Assembly: GCA_964475605.1 (NCBI GenBank)
Contig: CAYYZC010000006.1
Location: 1 to 34,611, forward strand
Origin: an uncultured Chelativorans sp.
GTDB taxonomy: Bacteria > Pseudomonadota > Alphaproteobacteria > Rhizobiales > Rhizobiaceae
Length of the DNA stretch: 34,611 nucleotides
Reading direction: 5' to 3'
Positions 31,029 through 34,611 of the stretch are shown here, piece by piece. Under the pieces are notes generated by a model. That model was not told the DNA's origin. It ran no database searches and saw nothing but the letters and a program-made list of their open reading frames with translations. Both the position numbers and the translations under genes were made by a program. The number at the start of each line of letters is the position of its first letter. Positions within the stretch are counted from its first letter, which is position 1.

Positions 31029-31685
31029 ATGGCCGACCGTTACGAATATTCCGACAAGGCGCGCACGCCCCTGTTCCGCGGGGCCTTCGTCCGGGTCATC
31101 GAGCCCGAGGACGTGAAGAACCAGGACGGCACTACCTCGAAGGTGTGGGGCCTCACCGCCATCTGGCCGAAGGGTACCGACATGGCCCCGGTCAAGAACG
31201 CCATCACCCAGGCCGCCAAGAAGCTGTGGGGCGACAAGGCCGGCACGATGCTGCAGCACGCCAAGTTCAAGAACCCGCTGAAGGACGGCGCCGCCCAGGT
31301 CGACCGTGAAGGGAACCTCTACGCCGGCTTCGAGGCGGGCCAGACCACGGCGAAGCTGTCGACGAAGCTGCGCCGGCCCGGCCTCGTGGATCGGCAGGTG
31401 CGCCAGATCGCGGACGCCGACGGAAAGACCCTCGTCGACAAGGACCTGGATCTCTACGAGACCGTCGAGGCCAACGCCATCTTCAGCGGCTGCTGGTTCT
31501 TCGCGACCTTCTCGGCGCAGGCCTACGACCGCTCCGACGGCTTTGGCGTCTCGTTGAAGCTGGAAAACCTCCAGCTCGTGAAGCAGGACGAGCGCCTCGG
31601 CGGGAGCGGCGCCTCGCGGCCCGAGGACGATTTCGGGGTGATCGACAGCGGCGCCTCCGACGACCTGGCCGACCTTCTGGGCTGA
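31029..31685 (+). CDS. DUF2815-type single-stranded DNA-binding protein
   Basis: 218 aa, MADRYEYSDKARTPLFRGAFVRVIEPED..., with an acidic C-terminal tip ...SGASDDLADLLG. It follows DUF2800, as in known DUF2800-DUF2815-PolA modules. Confidence 0.7.
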   Translation: MADRYEYSDKARTPLFRGAFVRVIEPEDVKNQDGTTSKVWGLTAIWPKGTDMAPVKNAITQAAKKLWGDKAGTMLQHAKFKNPLKDGAAQVDREGNLYAGFEAGQTTAKLSTKLRRPGLVDRQVRQIADADGKTLVDKDLDLYETVEANAIFSGCWFFATFSAQAYDRSDGFGVSLKLENLQLVKQDERLGGSGASRPEDDFGVIDSGASDDLADLLG

Positions 31686-31695
31686 TCAAACGCGG

Positions 31696-31721
31696 CGCGC
31701 CGGGACTGAGCGCCCGGCGCG
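31696..31721 (+). terminator. Hairpin terminator after the SSB-like gene
   Basis: CGCGCCGGG (31696-31704), an 8-nt loop and CCCGGCGCG (31713-31721), followed by TCCTTTCC. Confidence 0.45.
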
Positions 31722-31743
31722 TCCTTTCCGGACGAGGTATGCG

Positions 31744-32394
31744 ATGGTTCAGGTTTTCCAGTTCGACGAGTTTTTCGCCCGGTCGGCCGATGTGATGGAG
31801 GAAGGAAGCGAGCTTGAACGAGCGCTGGCCCGGCTTCCGGCGCTGACGGAGAACGGCCCGTGGCTAGCCGGAGGCGCGCTGCGCCGGACGCTCCTGCGCA
31901 AGCCCCTGGAGAGCGACTTCGACTTCTTCTTCGCCAGCGCGGAGCAGTTCGAGGCGTTCTGCGCGAAGGTCAAGGCCGACGGCGGCTATACGGTGTCGAG
32001 CAGCCAGCACAACACGACGTTCCGCCTCCCCTCTACGGCCCCGAAGCCAATCGGGGAGGACGAGTTCGCGCCCGCCGAGCCCGAAATCATCGTGCAGGCA
32101 ATCACGACGCAGTGGTACGGCTCGCTCGCGGATGTGGTCGACAGTTTCGACTTCACGCTGTGCCAGTTCGGGTACGACGGCACGCATTTGGTCTGCGGCG
32201 ATTATGCCCTGTGGGACCTGGGCCGCGGGAGCCTCGTCCCGCACAAGCTCACCTTCGCGACGGCCAGCCTGCGCCGGCTGCTGAAGTACACCAAGCAGGG
32301 CTACCGGATCTGTTCCGGCGGCCTCTCCGACATGCTCGAACAGGTGCTTCGGGCGCCGGAGATCGTCCGGGCCGAAACGACCTATATCGATTAA
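31744..32394 (+). CDS. Minimal nucleotidyltransferase resembling the head domain of class II CCA-adding enzyme/poly(A) polymerase
   Basis: 216 aa. LAGGALRRTLLRKPLESDFDFFF fits GGxxRxxLLx5DxD. DVVDSFDFTLCQFGYDG...ALWDLGRGSL fits the RRDFTINAxAY...GxxDL motif. GAGG RBS. Confidence 0.65.
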   Translation: MVQVFQFDEFFARSADVMEEGSELERALARLPALTENGPWLAGGALRRTLLRKPLESDFDFFFASAEQFEAFCAKVKADGGYTVSSSQHNTTFRLPSTAPKPIGEDEFAPAEPEIIVQAITTQWYGSLADVVDSFDFTLCQFGYDGTHLVCGDYALWDLGRGSLVPHKLTFATASLRRLLKYTKQGYRICSGGLSDMLEQVLRAPEIVRAETTYID

Positions 32395-32404
32395 CGGGGC
32401 CGAC

Positions 32405-32659
32405 ATGGCATCCGTACGGGACAACGACCTGCTCGACCGCTGGCTGCTGAGCGGCTTCGGCGTCGATGCGGGCACACACAGGGCCGCGCTGGAGGAGATC
32501 CAGGAGCTGCGCGACCAGCTCGACACCATCCAGTCCGAGACCGCAGACGAGGCGGAGGCCCTGCGCGAGCGGGTGCGGGTCGTCCTCGAAAAGGCGGCGG
32601 ACGATGCCGACGCGGCCTTCGACGGGACGGCGGATGCGGCCGATGCGGTTGACGAGTGA
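32405..32659 (+). CDS. Highly acidic small protein (84 aa)
   Basis: By my count it has 23 Asp/Glu and 8 Arg/Lys. Coiled-coil-like ...AALEEIQELRDQLDTIQSETADEAEALRERVRVVLEKAADDADAAFDG... It starts 10 nt after the NTase stop. Confidence 0.55.
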   Translation: MASVRDNDLLDRWLLSGFGVDAGTHRAALEEIQELRDQLDTIQSETADEAEALRERVRVVLEKAADDADAAFDGTADAADAVDE

Positions 32660-32736
32660 CCCGCTTTTCCGCTTCCCCATCAGTATATGTTCACGTAACG
32701 TTCTAGCACTATGGTATGGAGTAGGAGGCGAGCCCC

Positions 32737-33072
32737 ATGCAAACATCGGCCACGGTCACGGCTCTCGGCTGCGCGGCGGAAATCCGATCAATCCGGGCTC
32801 TACTCGCGCACGCCTGCGCCGCTACCGAGTTGGCAGCGGAGGGCGGGGCGCCGGCCCAGGTCCCTTGTCAGGTGCCTGACCTGGTAGCCCGCTATTCCCA
32901 GCTCGCCGCCGGCGCCGGCGTCCCGCTGCCAGCCGGTGACGAGGACCGGGACGCCTATCTGGAGATTGTGCGTGAGGTCTGCGGTCGGGCGGTGGCCGGC
33001 CTGGACCCTGTCCACCGGCTCGACTGGTCGGTCGCCTGCACGCTGCTGCGCCGGGTCGCCTCGGCCGAATAA
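32737..33072 (+). CDS. Hypothetical protein (111 aa)
   Basis: GGAGTAGGAGG RBS. It is preceded by an AT-richer 77-nt spacer carrying CACGTAACG (32692-32700). Confidence 0.5.
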   Translation: MQTSATVTALGCAAEIRSIRALLAHACAATELAAEGGAPAQVPCQVPDLVARYSQLAAGAGVPLPAGDEDRDAYLEIVREVCGRAVAGLDPVHRLDWSVACTLLRRVASAE

Positions 33073-33084
33073 TTCCCGCCTACG

Positions 33085-33131
33085 AATCGCCGCCGGGCTG
33101 CTTGGTCTATCCGAGCCGCCCGGCGGCGATT
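33085..33131. terminator. Bidirectional hairpin between convergent genes
   Basis: AATCGCCGCCGGGC (33085-33098), a 19-nt loop and GCCCGGCGGCGATT (33118-33131). It lies between stop 33072 (+) and the integrase stop 33138 (-). Confidence 0.5.
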
Positions 33132-33137
33132 TCGATT

Positions 33138-34409
33138 CTAGGCCGTCTCTTCCGGCGCCGGTTCGGCCCCTGAGGACGCTTCGCCCAGGAGCCCGGCCAG
33201 GTAATCGCCCCAGGCCTGCAACGCCGCGCGCATGGCCTTCTCACGCCGGCTCCGCTCATAGACGCTGGTCACCCCGAGCCGGCCTTTGGGGCTGTGGTTC
33301 AGGATGCGCTGGATGGTCGTTTCTTCGACGTCCAGGTCTTCCCCCATCCGCGTCGCGACCGTGCGGCGCAGGTCATGGATGGTCCACGGCTCCGCCAGGT
33401 CGGCCGCTTTGTGCAGCCGCTCCGCGGCGCGGCGCCAGCCGGCGAAGGGGGCTTGGCCCGCGGACGCGTGTACCGCCATGCGACGGCCGGGAAAGACATA
33501 CGCGCCCTCGCCCGGCAGGGCCTCCAGCACGGCGACCGCCTGCGCAGACAGCGGCAGCCGGTGCTCACGCTTCCCCTTTGTCCGTGCGGCCGGGACGGTC
33601 CAGGTCTTGGCCTCGATGTCGATCTCCGACCAGCGGGCCTGCGTCGCTTCTTCGCGACGGGCGCCCGTCAGCAGCAGGAACCGGACGAGCGGGCCGATAA
33701 CCGGTTGCTCGTCTGCATCGGCCGTACGGACCACCTGAACGATCTCGTCCGGCTCCAGCACCCGCTCCTTTTCGCGCTCGGCCACCATGCGCCGGATGTC
33801 GGCCGCTGGGTTCGCCGCGATCTCGCCGGCCTCGACCGCCCAGCCGAACAGCGATTTGCCTTTGGTCATCACCCGATTGACCTGCGCCCGGTACAGTGGC
33901 TCGCCGTCTTCGTCTCGGGCATTGCGCATGTCTTCGAGCAGCGCGTAGACGTGCTTCCGCTCGACGGTCCGGATATCCATACTGCCGAGTTTCGGCAGTA
34001 CATGTAGCCGTAGCAGGCGCTCGTCTTCGCCCGCAGACCGGTTGCCCTTGGCGCGCTGGCTGGCAATGAACCGGGCGGCGGCATCGCTCACGGTTGTGAT
34101 TTTCGGCGGCTCGGAAGCCGGATTCGGGGCACCTGCCGGCGTCGCGCCGGGATCCGCGCCGGCCGCTACCCGGCGCAGGGCTTCCAGCGCCGCCGCGCGC
34201 GCTTCGGCCAGCCCTACCGTCGGGTACCGTCCGAGCGCTAGGCGCCGCGGCGCGCCGCCCCATCGGTACCTCAAGGCCCACGACTTTACGCCGCTGGCCG
34301 TTACGCGGAGCTGCAGGCCGGTGACGGCTGCGTCGGTGATTTCTGCCACGCCCTTAGCGGGCGCCTTGGCCGCCTGCACGGCCCGGTCAGTCAGCGGTTT
34401 CTTGGCCAT
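33138..34409 (-). CDS. int: Tyrosine integrase, P4-like (DUF4102 arm-binding N-terminus)
   Basis: Start at M20 (MAKKPLTDRAVQAAKAP...LQLRVTASGVKSWALRYRWGG...); an alternative ATG is at 34466. Catalytic region ...LLTGARREE..., ...HDLRRTVATRM..., ...ILNHS..., ...VYERS. Confidence 0.85.
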   Translation of the reverse strand: MAKKPLTDRAVQAAKAPAKGVAEITDAAVTGLQLRVTASGVKSWALRYRWGGAPRRLALGRYPTVGLAEARAAALEALRRVAAGADPGATPAGAPNPASEPPKITTVSDAAARFIASQRAKGNRSAGEDERLLRLHVLPKLGSMDIRTVERKHVYALLEDMRNARDEDGEPLYRAQVNRVMTKGKSLFGWAVEAGEIAANPAADIRRMVAEREKERVLEPDEIVQVVRTADADEQPVIGPLVRFLLLTGARREEATQARWSEIDIEAKTWTVPAARTKGKREHRLPLSAQAVAVLEALPGEGAYVFPGRRMAVHASAGQAPFAGWRRAAERLHKAADLAEPWTIHDLRRTVATRMGEDLDVEETTIQRILNHSPKGRLGVTSVYERSRREKAMRAALQAWGDYLAGLLGEASSGAEPAPEETA

Positions 34410-34416
34410 ATCCGTT

Positions 34417-34436
34417 CTGTGGGCAACTGTGGGCAA
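34417..34436. repeat. Perfect tandem decamer CTGTGGGCAA x2
   Basis: 34417-34426 and 34427-34436. On the minus strand this reads TTGCCCACAG-TTGCCCACAG, 8 nt upstream of the preferred integrase ATG. Confidence 0.6.
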
Positions 34437-34611
34437 AATTGCGTGGGGATACGATATGCCAACCATGCCGCCAATGGCTACACCAATTTGTCATTAACTC
34501 AAGGGCATCTAGGGACTATTGAGGGCCAAACCCGCACAAGCCCTGACCTTTGGTCACGTCTCCCAGACGTGAAGCCTCCCTGTTCAACTCGCCCGGAACC
34601 GTATGGCTTCC

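Noticed and set aside
33299-34281. ORFs inside or antisense to the integrase gene (33286..33738, 33294..34007, 33565..34281 and others)
   Set aside because: The integrase frame has the full DUF4102 plus R-H-R-Y catalytic pattern, and the others are compositional shadows.
1-34611. Search for CRISPR arrays, rRNA/tRNA genes, reverse transcriptase (retron/DGR) or transposase/IS elements
   Set aside because: I saw no regularly spaced repeats, no cloverleaf-compatible T-arm/acceptor sequences and no YxDD or DDE-type ORFs. The only selfish elements found are the intein and the prophage itself.

Overview
The window is essentially one high-GC temperate prophage with an HK97/GTA-like siphovirus head-tail module. 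It is cut on the left inside the tape-measure gene and ends on the right just past a P4-type tyrosine integrase. Layout: (1) A minus-strand late operon (13693 down to 1) holds HNH endonuclease, TerS (P27 type), TerL, portal, prohead protease and HK97-fold capsid. These are followed by five unassigned small genes (two are tandem paralogs), gp6-like connector, head closure, HK97-gp10-like, DUF3168-like, major tail and a G/T-type chaperone pair. The operon ends with a low-GC YajG-like lipoprotein moron that has its own terminator, then the tape measure. (2) A minus-strand early/replication operon (27237 down to 13852) holds a small TTG-start gene, a DPPY methyltransferase and a family-A DNA polymerase interrupted by a 127-aa mini-intein. 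Next come small HTH/unknown genes, a gutted C5-cytosine methyltransferase remnant and an AlpA-like regulator with four small unknowns. It finishes with a PAPS-reductase-like PP-loop protein, an SPPY methyltransferase, a primase-polymerase/helicase, an iteron plus AT-rich candidate origin, and a possible late regulator. (3) The immunity region has a CI-like HTH+S24 repressor (27387-28016) divergent from a Cro/YdaS-like gene. (4) A plus-strand operon holds a RuvC-like resolvase, an AT-hook protein, a DUF2800 PD-(D/E)XK nuclease and a DUF2815 SSB-like protein. (5) A terminator-bounded accessory island next to the integrase encodes a half-size CCA-adding-enzyme-like nucleotidyltransferase, a very acidic 84-aa protein and a 111-aa unknown. 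No rRNA, tRNA or CRISPR was seen. Best leads are the nucleotidyltransferase island, the polymerase mini-intein, the coupled PAPS-reductase-like/methyltransferase module, and a shared ...EELLA C-terminal tail with a conserved junction sequence. Also worth following are the lipoprotein moron, the dead Dcm remnant, two recurrent intergenic motif families and the candidate origin. All family names come from motif recognition by eye, not from database searches.
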